NCBI GenBank assembly: GCA_951406725.2
Contig: OX597820.1
Location: 88,164,001 to 88,228,000, forward strand
Length of the DNA stretch: 64,000 nucleotides
Source: Octopus vulgaris
Lineage: Eukaryota
Direction of reading: 5' to 3'
The notes under the pieces are model-generated. The model was not told the origin of the DNA, searched no databases, and saw only the letters and a program-made list of their open reading frames with translations. Position 1 is the first letter of the stretch. Each line of letters opens with the position of its first letter. Positions 37,432 to 50,348 of the stretch are shown piece by piece. Position numbers and translations under genes: made by a program.

Positions 37432-40400
37432 CCCTCCTTCTCCTCCTCTTCCTCCTTCTCCTCCTCTTCCGCCTTCTCCTCCTCTTCCTTCTTCTCCTCC
37501 TCTTCCACCTTCTCCACATCATCATTATCATCATCATCGCCAGTGTTTTACATTCACTTTTCCATACTAATATAGATTGGATGGTTTTTTTTTTTTTTTT
37601 CAGAGACAGTATTTTACAGCTGGTTGCTCTTCCTGTCACTAACTTTTTTAGTCATTTGTAGTAACAGCAGGATCATAGCATACCTATTCTAAAACTGGGA
37701 CACACATGGTAAGCCAGCACCTTAATAAACATTGTTTTTGTGAACTCCAAAAACTAAGACTATATTTACATATAGCGGAATCATCTTCAGAGAATTAACA
37801 TCTTTAGAGTGATGTTTGTCTCCAAAATATTTATTACCCACTCCCCATAGGCCATGCTAACTCACTAGTCCAATATGATATATCAGTACAAAATAGTTAA
37901 ACCCTTGAGCATTCAGATAACTTCATCATCATCATCATCATTGTTTAACGTCCGCTTTCCATGCTAGCATGGGTTGGATGATTTGACTGAGGGCCGGCAA
38001 ACCAGATGGCTACACCAGGCTTCAATCTTGATCTGGCAGAGTTTCTACAGCTGGATGCCCTTCCTAACGCCAACCACTCAAAGAGTGTAGTGGGTGCTTT
38101 TATGTGCCACCGGCATGGGGGCCATTCAGGCGGTACTGGCAATGACCTCACTTGAATCTTTTTACACATGCCACTGGCACAGGCGCCAGTAAGGCGATGC
38201 TGGTAGCGATCAAGCTCGAATGGTGCCTTTTACGTGTCACTGGCACGGAGGCCAGTTAGCTGCTCTGGCAACGATCATGCTCGGATGGTGCTCTTAGCAC
38301 CCTACTAGCATGGGGCTCAAGTGCCAGTAAGGCGACGTCTTCTTTATTCACATTGTTTTGAATTAATCATGCATTTCGATCATGAGATTTCAATTGTGTG
38401 TTTGTATATTTTTAAAATGACATTGTAAGGTACATGTGAGAGGCCAGATGTGGCCAATTTGAACATAAAACAGATAGAATATATGGGCTGGATATGACCA
38501 GGTTGAATGCTATAGGGTTAATCTCTTATACTGGTTTCTAATCTAAATAAAAAAATAAACAATGATTTCTAGGGGTGGAGGGATTCTATACTTTTACCCC
38601 TAAATGCATGTCCATTGTGGAGACGCAATGGCCCAGTGATTAGGGCAGCAGACTCATGGTCGGAGGATCACAGTTTCGATTCCCAGACCGGGCGTTGTGT
38701 GTGTTTATTGAGCGAAAACACCTAAAAGCTCCATGAGGCTCCGGCAGCGAGTAGTGGTGACCCCCTGTTGTACTCTTTCACCACAACTTTCTCTCACTCT
38801 CTTTTCCTGTTTCTTGAGTAACGCTGTGATGAACTGGCATCCCGTCCAGCTGGGGGGAACACATACACCACAGAAACTGGGAAACCGGGTACATGAGCCT
38901 GGCTAGGCTTGAAAAAGGCAAAAAAAAAAATAAATAAATAATCCAGTACTTGATTTTATTAACCAGAGAAGGATGAAATGCAAAATTGATCTCAGCAATT
39001 TTTGGTCTCAGAATGTAAAGAGCTGGAAGAGATATCATAAGGCATGTTTGTCTGATGCTCTAATGCTTCTCCAAACCTACTACTTTAAGTCTTGAATGAG
39101 CACTACACCTTTACATCCATGTAAATTCATATTTGTTGACTCCAGATCAGCCTTGTTTAAGCAAACCTATAATGAAAAGTGTTCCAGCCATGGCCATTCA
39201 TCTTTTTTTTTCTCTCTCAGATAAAGTCTTTGTAGAATTTTATCATCCAATGCATCCATTTTTCCGTTAAGATAGTATCTTTCAATTTTTACTTGTTTCA
39301 GTCATTAGACTGTGGCCATGCTAGAGCACCACTATGAAAGGATTTAGTCAAATGGATTAACCCCAGTACTTATTTTTTTTTTCAGTCTGGTACTTATTCT
39401 ATCGGTGTCTTTTGCTGTACCACTAAGTTATGTGAATGTAAACAAACCAACACTGATAAGTCAATTGGTAGTGGAGGACAAACAAACACAAAGATACATG
39501 CACATAGATATATATACATATATGTACATACATAAGATGAGCTTTTTTCAGTTTCTGTCAAGCAGATCCACTCACCCATGGTTCCATGCAGTGGAACTGA
39601 ACCTGAAACCATGCAGTTGGAAAGTAAACTTCTTACCACGGAGGGTATGATTTAAGGGATATTGGCTACTATTGTCCAGTTACTGTTTAGCGGTCCTCTT
39701 CATTGGGTCGTATATACCTAAGACAATAGGGTGTGCATGAGGAGAAACTGGTTACTATTTCTGTCAGGTCAAACTACTATGTAGCTTATTGGTCCATCCA
39801 TCCATCTTCCATCCATCTATACATACATACATACATACATACATACATACATACAAACATACATACATACATACATACATACATACATACATACATACAT
39901 ACATACATACACACATACACACACACATACATAAGGGAGTAGGATGTAATTTGAAAGTGGCTACTATTTCTATCAGGTCTAGCTATTATGTAGAGATCTC
40001 TCTTATTAGCTTATACATGAGACAGTAGGGTATAATTTGAGAGAAACTGGTCACTATTTCTATTACTATGTAAAGATTCCTTTCAATTGTTCATGCATAG
40101 ATATGTATACATACATATATAAGACAGTAGGTTGTGAGTTGAGGGAGACTGGCTACACTTTCTCTCAAGTTGAACTATCCTGTAGATGTTTCCTTATTGT
40201 TCATACATATGTGTGTACAGTGTAATTGAGGATTTGGTCATTATTTCTAGAAATATGAGCAACAGGAAAGAGAGCCCCTTGATTGGCTTGTTTCAATCCT
40301 TGTTTCTAAATTGCCATTTCAAAATATGTAGCAAATTACACAAGGTACAAAACCTCACTCCTCCCCCTCCTCCACCTCTCCAAATAAATCCTCTGAAAAT

Positions 40401-40446
40401 AGTTGAAATGAAAACTTTAAAACTGATATGATTTCTTTGAACTTAC

Positions 40447-40578
40447 CAACTCAAATCTGTCTTCAAGATTCCATTGATCTTCAAACTGAGTTGTTACAGC
40501 AACACAGAGACTGTTACCAATGCCATGTGTTAATTCCAGGTTTGGTTCAGCACCATTATTCAGTAATTCTGTCACTGC
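40447..40578 (-). CDS. ANKMY1: ANKMY1 exon (AVTELLNNGAEPNLELTHGIGNSLCVA...RFEL)
   Basis: ttccag acceptor, gtaagt donor, 132 nt. Confidence 0.92.
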
Positions 40579-40822
40579 CTGGAAAATGACAAACAAAATA
40601 CAATAAAATGGCTTCAGATTAATAAATAAATATAAAATCATTTTAATAATTTTGATAAATGTTTTCATGCTTTTCTGTGAAGATAAAAAAGAAGACTTTG
40701 TGGAGACCAAAAGATCATTCTTTACTTCCTTTTCTATAGTAATTTGTTGATTGATGAGGTTTCTGGCAACCTCGCTTAAAGTCAAATGGCATGAAAAAAA
40801 GCACCTAGTATATTATGTAAAA

Positions 40823-41171
40823 CAGTGGTTCTCAACTGGGGGCCATATGGGTCCTGAGGGTCCATGTAAGAATTTTGGGGGTCCATGCAACAAAATAGTA
40901 AACTGGGGATCCACAATAGTATTTTATGGGCCCCTGAAAAAATTTTGCTTTAGATTTATATATTGGTACGTATTGCAAGAAACAGCTAAGTTTCTTTTTC
41001 TATCATTTTACATAGTTCAACCTACTCAAGTTAATATATGAAAAGCAAAATAGGAATTTTGAAAGAATTTTCTATAAAACTAGTTTTTAAACATTGAATG
41101 ATTTTGGGGTCCACCAGACGAAAATAGTATTTCAAAGGGGTCCATAGATTAAAAGTGGTTGAGAACCTCCG
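40823..41171. mobile_element. hAT-like MITE nested in an RTE 3' fragment
   Basis: CAGTGGTTCTCAAC / GTTGAGAACCTCCG termini; degenerate 8-bp TSD. Confidence 0.7.
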
Positions 41172-41651
41172 GTGTAAAGTGATTAACATTAGGAAAGGTA
41201 CATCCAGCTACAGAAACTTTGCCAAAAGATACACTGGAGAATGATGTAGTTCTTGGTCTTGCCAAACCATCTAACCCATGCCAGCATAGAACATGGACGT
41301 TCAATGATGATGATATGTATAACTTTGATTGAGCTGTCTATTTTACTTATGTGAGGAAGAGAAAATCGTATTCCAATATTTAGCTACTTCATAGCAATAT
41401 TAATTTCAAATTTTGGCCCAAGGCCAACAATTTCAGGAGAGGAGGTAAGTCAGTTACATCAATGCCAGCGTTCAAGTGGTACTTATTTTATTGACCTGGA
41501 TAGGATGAAAGGCAAAGTTGACCTTGGCAGAATTTGACCTCAACATTAAAACCAACTAAATACTGCTGAGCATTTTGCCCATCTGTCAGCTTGCTGCCTT
41601 ACTGTCAATTAATGATATTAATCAAAGTCTAATTGTAAAATCATATTTTAA

Positions 41652-41872
41652 CCCTTTTGTTACCAACCCGGCTGAAACCAGCTCTGGCTCTTTAGTACAA
41701 ATGTCTGGTTTTCAAAAGTTCTGAATTAAAATCTTCCACCAAACCTTAGTCACAATTTATGTTCCTAAAACTAGCTTAATTATAACGATGTTATTTTACT
41801 AAATTCTTTGTTATATTTAAAATAATTGGAAGAAACACAGAGCATCTCAAAATAAATACAGTAACGAAAGGG
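41652..41872. mobile_element. piggyBac-like MITE
   Basis: TTAA-CCCTTT...AAAGGG-TTAA; older relatives at ~1487, 4131, 13850, 36900, 37900-38520, 57560. Confidence 0.75.
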
Positions 41873-42622
41873 TTAATCTCTTTCTTCAGACAGTTATACA
41901 AAATAATAAAATTCCAATCATATATAAATACTGGTGGAAAGGGATAGTTCTGGAAGAGATTTGTGCCATATATGTTACGTATGCATTGTGTACAGCAAGC
42001 AGTAAACGTGGAAGCTCTCTTCATACTGACTATAAAAGTATCATGATTGAAAAGTGAAGGAAAGGAGAGATCTGTTGCACAAGAGACCAAAAGACTCAGT
42101 TACCGTTTTTGGGAGTGTGAATGTTTGAAAGTTGTATAATGCATAAGAAATTCTTTGCAGTTCAGACGATAGTCATACAAGAGTTGTAGTATTGGCAAAA
42201 GCCACTAAAGTTGTAGAAGTTGTGTGATTTCTCTCTGAGCATGTGAGAAGCACTCAGGGGCTTTGGGAAATGGTTAAGAGTGAGAGACTCATGATACTAA
42301 GGCCATTGGTTCAATTCCTGTTATGGGTTGCATGTTGTGCTCTTCATTTCATATTACTTAAGTCTACTCAGCCCAAAACTGATACCTGCCTAGTTTTGAT
42401 GCAGCTCCCTCACTTTCCTCTCAGTGTCACATCCTTGATGTTTCCTTGGGGTCAAGGGTGAGAGCAACATAAGGATATCTGTGTCAGCCTGTGATGACAT
42501 AGACACCTAAAACAGTGAGTTAAAGCATTGTACATACTAACAAGCACCAACTATGGTTGTGTGTGTGATGGCTGTGAGTCTCTCTCGAGTTATATAAAGG
42601 GTTAACAACTCTTTTGGGTTAA

Positions 42623-42844
42623 CCCTTTCATTACCATATTTATTTTGAGATGCTCTGTGTTTCATTCAATTATTTTTAAATATAACAAAGAATTTAGTGA
42701 AAGAACTTAGTTATCATTCAGCTAGTGTTGAGAACATAAATTGTGACTAAGGTTTGGTGGAAGATTTTAATTCAAAACTTATGAAAACAAGACATTTGTA
42801 CTACAGAGCCAGAGGCGGTTTTGGCCGGGTTGGTATCAAAAGGG
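42623..42844. mobile_element. piggyBac-like MITE, inverted relative to the 41652 copy
   Basis: Same TTAA/CCCTTT termini, reverse-complement interior. Confidence 0.75.
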
Positions 42845-43255
42845 TTAAAGTATTTTAACAGATTTTGAGTTTTGATTATATGAAGTTTCATATTATGTTT
42901 CAGGTGACACAAAATGGTATCAACTCTCTTAAAAAAAAGAGGAAGGACACATTGAATAATGTAGTCTTTGATGCACTGTTTATGAAGGAGAAACAAGATG
43001 GTCAAGACTAGTTTGCCTTTGATCATTGGTCTATTTGATTATAACTGACTTGGGCCTTAACAAGAACAACAAAAGGAGCAACAACGATGCCGACGCTAAC
43101 GCTGCCACTGCCGCCAACAACAACATTAGAGTTATTTTGTTATCAAATTCCTGTAAACTGTTGATTACTGATAATAAAAAAATTGAACTCAGACACCTTG
43201 TCAGTGTACCAAGAATTAGAAATAGGGTCTCATGATGGTTATATGATATACTCAC

Positions 43256-43363
43256 CAGTTTGTTTCCCCAGGCAATTGCTAAAGCAAGGGGAGAGAAACC
43301 ATTTGTTGAAACATTTGGATTCGCTTTCTTCTCTAACAGCAACCTGACAATAGCAGCTGCATC
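43256..43363 (-). CDS. ANKMY1: ANKMY1 exon (DAAAIVRLLLEKKANPNVSTNGFSPLALAIAWGNKL)
   Basis: catag acceptor, gtgagt donor, 108 nt phase 0-0. Confidence 0.9.
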
Positions 43364-43392
43364 CTATGATGATGATAACGATGATGATAATA

Positions 43393-43439
<47 letters not shown>

Positions 43440-43440
<1 letters not shown>

Positions 43441-43656
43441 TTAAAAATTCAGACAAATACATAATAAAAACACCAAGACTTACAAATATATATAACATAC
43501 AGAAAATTGCACTACTGGGCCCTGCACACATCCTACGCAAAACACTTTCAATACAGTAACCATCAGAGCATCACAACAAATCACAGCACATACCCAAGGC
43601 ACACAGTGCTGCGCTCGGTAGTGAAGTGAAAGCACGTTATAAAAATAAAACTACTG
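43440..43656 (+). mobile_element. R4/Dong-like LINE 3' end (second subfamily) in (TAA)n
   Basis: IQKIALLGPAHILRKTLSIQ* then 3' UTR, TAA flanks. Confidence 0.75.
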
Positions 43657-43705
43657 AATGATGATAATAATAATAATAATCATAATCATAATAATCATAA
43701 TAATC

Positions 43706-43748
<43 letters not shown>

Positions 43749-43759
43749 TGATGATGATA

Positions 43760-43791
<32 letters not shown>

Positions 43792-44309
43792 AACAACAGC
43801 AACAACAACAACAATGTTTTCTTTATTAACCCCTAAGGGTTTACAAAAAACATTGAGGATAGTACAGGACAATACAATGTGGGGTTACATAAAAGGTGTA
43901 TAAGAAGTAAAAAGACAGTAACAATATAAAACTATAACCGTAAATAATACCCCCAAAAGAAGGAGACTTCCTAGGGCTGCTTGTGGGGATCCCAGAAATC
44001 CACAGTTACCCTGGTATGCTTACTGAGACAGTTAAGAATTACCCTTGCAAGAATTTGTCCAGTTATGCAGAACAAACGTATTCCTCTGTGATTATCACAT
44101 GTTTTTTCTTCCTTTTGTTTTCATACAAGCGCATTATAGAGACATCTTCCAACTGTTGGGGAACAGATCCAGTTTCCCAGATCAAAATGATCAATTTGTG
44201 TAGCTTTCTTGCAAGTTGTCTACCACCATACTTGTACACTTTGGCAGGAATACTGCCTTGTCCAAAAGCTTTACTGTTGGAAAGTTCTTTTTAATTGAAG
44301 TACAGTAAT

Positions 44310-44800
44310 GTCCTGATGTATGAGTTAATTCGTTCCTGGAGAACACTTGTAAAACAAAAACTCATTAACAGAAAATAAAACTCATAAAAACTTGTAGACC
44401 TGGGGTCTTGTAAAGCAGGTCCTTATAATGTAAGGTATTACTGTATTTATCTCTTCCAAGGAAAAGTTCCTCAATTATAGGCTTCTGAAGGATTTCATCG
44501 ATTGCTTCAGGTTCAGTAGTGGATTCGGGATTAAACATGGATTTAAAGTTCTCAGCCAATCTTTTCAAAATTTCATCTTTGTGACTTAAGAGTTTTGACC
44601 CGTCATTATAAAGAATAGGTTATGCACTGCCCTTTTGGGGGGGGGGCCAAGCATGCCTTTCAGATTATCATACCATGCTCTCAAGTTGTGTGAGTTAGCA
44701 GCCAATTCCAATTCTTGGGCTTTTTTTTTTTTTGTTCTCCAAAAATTTTTTATCTCATGCAATAACAATGATGATGTCACACTCTAATCTTTCATCATCT
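44310..44800 (-). mobile_element. Decayed RTE/BovB-like LINE fragment
   Basis: AQELELAANSHNLRAWYDNLK..GP and ENFKSMFNPEST remnants. Confidence 0.55.
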
Positions 44801-45115
44801 GACACAAGGTCACCTCCTCAAACGCCCCTTCCCCTCTCAAAATTCCTTGTCTTGTTAGTTGCTTGGTGACCCTGCTAGTGCTGGTGCCACGTAAAAAGCG
44901 TACAGTCAACACTGTGAAGTGGTTGGCATTTGGAAAGGCATCCAGCCTACGCTGGTGTCACATAAAAAGCACTAGGTCCACACTATGGGGATGGTTGGTG
45001 TTAAGACGGGTATCCAGCGGTAAAAGCCATGCCAAAACAGATACAGTAGCCTGGTGTAGTTGTCAACCTGACTGCCTCCTGTCAAACCATCCAACCTATG
45101 CCAGCATGGAAGAAA

Positions 45116-45146
<31 letters not shown>

Positions 45147-45171
45147 TATATAATCTGATTGTGTAGCTTAC

Positions 45172-45273
45172 CTCATAATTATCATTTCGTGCACAAGCAA
45201 TATGTAATGGAGTGCGTCCTCCTAGAATCAACTTTGCCTCTGGGCTTATGTTATCCAATTGCCATTCTTCTCT
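45172..45273 (-). CDS. ANKMY1: ANKMY1 exon (REEWQLDNISPEAKLILGGRTPLHIACARNDNYE)
   Basis: gtaagc donor; aag acceptor less certain; GGRT.LH.AC.R motif. Confidence 0.85.
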
Positions 45274-45896
45274 CTTTAAATCAAAGGAAAGTGAATATAT
45301 TAGTCTAACGTAAACAGAATTATACCAAACATTGTATAATAGGAGTAGATATTTGTTCTACAATTACAATAATGAGCTCTGCTCCCAGGACCTGTGGTTG
45401 TTCACTGACTCAGTGTATCTCTATATATGAGATAAGGAGAAGATTTCTGGCTAGCTTAATATAAAGGCATAATCTCTGTTAGCGAACTAACTACTGCATT
45501 CAAAATCAGGCACAGTGGTTGTGTAGCATGAAGTTTGCTTCCCAACCACATAGTTCCGGGTTCAATTCCACCATGTGACATTTTTGGCGAGTGACTTTAG
45601 CTATAGCTCCAGACTGACCAAAGCTTTGTGAGTGGATTTGGTGCAGAGTCCTGTTGCCAGACATAGGGTCTAGCCTCCGTGTTAAGTGTGGAGCCATGTG
45701 GTAAGATGAATGGAGGCATAATGTCACCATCACTAGTGATCACTCCAAACACCGTGATGTTTGGACCAATGATCTGGACCAATGCATTGCTTCATTTAGA
45801 GAATACTTAGAAGGCGATAAAAGTGTAAACATGTAAAACTAAGTGAATAAAATAATATTGTAAAATTCCAGTTTCTTTTGAGTAGCCCCTCATATA

Positions 45897-47091
45897 CAGG
45901 GTGCAATGGGTAAATAGTCACCATTTCATATCTTTGATTTCATGCACGCACATTGTTTTTGATTTTGTTGACTACATAGCATAATGGAAGCACTCTGTCG
46001 GTTACAACGACGGGGGTTCCGGTTGATCCGATCAACGGAACAGCCTGCTCGTGAAATTAACGTGTAAGTGGCTGAGCACTCCACAGACACGTGTACCCTT
46101 AACGTAGTTCTCAGGGATATTCAGCGTGACACAGAGAGTGACAAGGCCGGCCCTTTGAAATACAGGTACAACAGAAACAGGAAGTAAGAGTGAGAGAAAG
46201 TTGTGGTGAAAGAGTACAGCAGGGATCACCACCATCCCTGCCGGAGCCTTGTGGAGCTTTAGGTGTTTTCGCTCAATAAACACTCACAACGCCCGGTCTG
46301 GGAATCGAAACCGCGATCCTACGACCGCGAGTCTGCTGCCCTAACTACTGGGCTATTGTGCCTCCACATAGCATAATAGACACTGTGAGAAAAACAGCAC
46401 CATGATGCAATTCACTCTGCCAGAAATTTGGAAACGACATGCTGTAATGCTTGGCATTTGCGCTGGAAGCTCCAATAAGAACATTTCAGAGTGTTTAGAT
46501 ATCAATCTGAGGTCATGTACCAAAAGTGATAGAAATCAAATATCCAGTCAACATCATGGTGTTTGGAGTGATCACTAGTGATGGTGATGTTGTGCCTCCA
46601 TTCCATTCATCTTACCACATGGCCCCCACACTTAACACGGAGGCCAGACCCTATGCCTGGCAACAGGACTCCGCACCATGCCACACAAGCAGGAGAACCC
46701 AATTGTGGCTGTCAGACAATTTCTGCGACTACCGCACCCCTAGCATCTGGCCACTTAACTCCCCAGACTGCAACCTCCTTGATTATTATGTGTAGGGTGC
46801 AGTTGAGTGAGAGACCAACAAAACTCCTTCTAACACCAAAGATGGATAGAAGGCAATGATTATGGCAGCGTTCCCCAACTTAAACAAGGAGACTGTCCAG
46901 AAGAGCTGCAGGAGATTCTGAAGAATCTAGAGACCATGGTTGAAGCCAATGGCGATTTTATTAATCAAATTTACTCCTTAATATTTCAATATATTTTTAT
47001 ATAATTTTGGTACATATATCTGTTAAAATGAGATGTCATTGTTATTTTAATTTTTGTGTAATTTAGACAATAGTTTATTCACCATACCCTG
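45897..47091 (+). mobile_element. Deleted maT-like transposon with nested SINE; inverted fragment at ~45645-45790
   Basis: TA-CAGGGT..ACCCTG-TA ends; WQQDSAPCH and WPLNSPDCNLLDYY remnants. Confidence 0.8.
45986..46365 (-). mobile_element. Full-length family C SINE
   Basis: TSD ACATAGCATAAT; near-identical to the 53445 copy. Confidence 0.9.
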
Positions 47092-47741
47092 TATATTCAA
47101 ATATGAAATAAGCAACGGTAGTGTAATAAGCATTATCAACCACATATACTTAATGCACATGCTTTGTGTACTGGCCGTTGGACTGTAATTTGGCACAGTG
47201 AAGAATACTCTCACAAAGCACTGGATGTTAAAATACATGAAAGTCATTGTCTATGCCTTTCAGGTGTTTGAACACCCAGCACTTTGGGAGAGTATTCTTC
47301 ACTGTGCCAAATCACAAGCCCACCAGCAAATACACAAAATGTGTGAATTAAGTATATGTGGTTGATAATGTTTATGTGTGTGTGTTTACACACACATACA
47401 TGTAAAAGTGCCTGTGTGGCGATATGTAGAAGTGCCCTTGCGACATCACATAAAAATGCCTGTGTGACTCCATGTAAAAGTGCCACATGAAACTGCCTGT
47501 GCAGTGCCTCGTAAAAACCCATGTGATGCCATCTAAAAGCACCTGTGTGGTGTCATGTAAAAGCACCGATGCAGCACCACATTAAAGCATTCAGCACACT
47601 CTGTAAAGTGGTTGATGTTAGGAAGGGCATCCAGCTTTAGAAACCATGCCAAAACAGACAAATGGGGACTGGTGCAGCCTCCTGGCTTGCCAGCTCTGTT
47701 CCCACCATCGAACCTATGTCAGTATAGACAACAGACATTAA

Positions 47742-47776
<35 letters not shown>

Positions 47777-47779
47777 ATA

Positions 47780-49253
47780 CAGGGTGCATAAGGTATTTGA
47801 AGACATACTTTTTTGGGGTCACTGCTGCCTTTTTTTTTTTGCTAACTCTGTATAATCTTTGTTTCGGAAAATTATAACGGGAGACCCTCAGCTCACTCAA
47901 GAAATGAAGGGGCATGCTGCTATTGTGGTTATAAAGGCTGAGCATAGCCATTTAGAAATATCTCAATTTTTAAAAGTTGCCAATCTTTCATCTACAAAGT
48001 TTGTAAGGAGTTAGAGACTGAAGATAGAAATGTATCACCAGTATCAAAGCATAAAAAGCATTCTAAATGCTCTGAAATCATCAGAACACTTGAATTTATC
48101 CAGCAAGTTCAACAGACCGTTGATTACAATCTCAGAAAGTCCATGAGGCGAATTGCAAAAGATCTCCGTGTGTCAGATGGAACAATCAGAAATATTGTCC
48201 ACAAAGACATCAGATATAAGTCTTATATAATGAGGAAAGGACAATTTCTCAAAAAAAAACAAAAAAAAACAAAAAGAAAATCACTACATCAGATCTAAAA
48301 GGTTCTTAAACAAACTATAAAATCTAGCAGAAGAAGAATTGATTTGGCTTTTCTTAAAATGAGAAAAACTACAACCAATATCAAAAAGTTAACAGATGAA
48401 ATGACAGATGGTTATGTACAGACCCATCTGAAGTTCCAAGTGTTATGCATACAAAATTTCCTGCAACTGTCATGGTTTTAGGGGTTGTCAGCAATGAAGG
48501 ACATGTGATGCCTCCTTACTTCTTTCCACAAGGCCTTACATTGAGGTCCTGGAAACAATTTTTAAGCCCTGGATAGGCAGTGTATGCAATGGAAGTTCAT
48601 ATATGTTTCAGTGAGACTCTGTACTATCACACATGGATCTAGTAACACAGGAACACAGGATAATTGAAAATTTTCATGATCACATAACCCCTAACATTTG
48701 GCCTCCTAATTCCCCAGATCTCAATCTATTGGACTATTACATGTTGGGTGTTGTTGAGAGAGAGAGGTCAATGAACATGCCTATAACACCAAATATTCTT
48801 TGAAAGTTGCTATAGTCAAAGTAATGTCCAAAATGGACCAGGACCACTTGATTCGAGCATGTAGATGATTTAGATCTCATACAGAAGCAGTTGTTGGAGA
48901 TGAAGGTGGGTTTATTGAATAACATCATAGAAAAGAAGGTTTATTTTTATCCTCATAGCATTTTTTGACGAATAAAGTTATTATCTGTTATTATTGGAGA
49001 CACATAACCTAGTGGTTTGAGTAGCGGACTCGCGGTTAAGGGACCGCGGGATCAAATCTCAGACAGGGCGATGTATGTGTTTATGAGCGAAACACCTAAG
49101 CTCCACACAACTCCGGCAGAAGGTAATGGTGAACTTCTGCTGACTCTTTTGCCACAACTTTCTCTCACTCTTTCCTCTTGCATCTTGCTGTTATAATATA
49201 TCTGGGTTTTTTTTATAAACATAAATCTGTCCTCAAATACCTTATGCACCTTG
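47780..49253 (+). mobile_element. Decayed Tc1/mariner (maT/DD37D-like) transposon with nested SINE at ~48995-49188
   Basis: ~26-bp TIRs CAGGGTGCATAAGGTATTTGA, TA TSD; remnants KFPATVMVLGVVSNEG and WPPNSPDLN.LDY. Confidence 0.85.
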
Positions 49254-49509
49254 TATATATATATATATATATATATATTTCTTTACTACCCACAAGGGGC
49301 TAAACACAGACAGGACAAACAAACGGATTAAGTCGATTATATCGACCCCAGTGCGTAACTGGTACTTATTTAATCGACCCCGAAAGGATGAAAGGTAAAG
49401 TCGACCTCGGCGGAATTTGAACTCACGACGTAGCGGCAGACGAAATATGGCTACGCATTTCGCCCGGTGTGCTAACGTCTCTGCCAGCTCGCCGCAGGAT
49501 ATATACTGC

Positions 49510-49518
49510 ATATGTATG

Positions 49519-49552
<34 letters not shown>

Positions 49553-49645
49553 TGTATGTATGTATGTATGTATGTATGCATGGATGTATGTATGGATGTA
49601 TGTATGTATGTATGTATGTATGTATGTATGTATGTATGTATGTAT
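49510..49645. repeat. (TATG)n microsatellite (complement at ~39818-39931)
   Basis: Direct reading. Confidence 0.9.
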
Positions 49646-50207
49646 ATATATATATATGCAGTATATATCCTGTATCAGCATGCATGAGATGTTGGAGTTG
49701 TGTGTTGTTGGTAATTGTGCATCATCAATCAATCAACAGAAAAGAACAATTACATCAACAATAACCACCAGACATAGGCAGACACATTCAGTAGTCTCAT
49801 CTCCATGCTAATAATCTAGATTATTAGTATAGATTAGGCTGCTATTGCTAGCAGGACAAGTGACCACATGGGAGTTCTCTCAATGGTTTTACCATACTGC
49901 CAGTTTTCTCTTATGCCCTACTTGTGGGTTTCACAAATTCCAGTAAATTCAAATGATAAATATTGCTTTCAAATTTTGGCACACAACCAGCAATTTCGTG
50001 GAGGGGCTAAATCAATTACATTGACCCCAGGGTTCAGCTGGTACTCCTTTTATTGAAAGGATGAAAGGCAAAGTCGACCATGGCAGAATTTGAAATCAGA
50101 ATGCAAGGACGGATGAAATACTGCTAAGCAAAAGATAATATTAAAATCAACAATAACTACAACAAAACAACAGCAGTGAAAAAGTGGAAAAAATGATTTG
50201 GTCAGAC

Positions 50208-50348
50208 CAGGGCTGTGTTCAAGTAGGAGTTGTCAAGTGCAGCCCTTGCATTGGGATCGGCGAGAGAATTGAGCAATAATTCCGTCATTTGGATTCCTTC
50301 CTTTCCGGGCATTCCACAGGCAACGTGTAGAGGAGTGACACCTCCTTC
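50208..50348 (-). CDS. ANKMY1: ANKMY1 exon (EGGVTPLHVACGMPGKEGIQMTELLLNSLADPNARA...)
   Basis: cttttag acceptor, weak gtctga donor, 141 nt; matches ANKMY1 TPLHIAAALPGEEGVQIVELLL. Confidence 0.88.
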
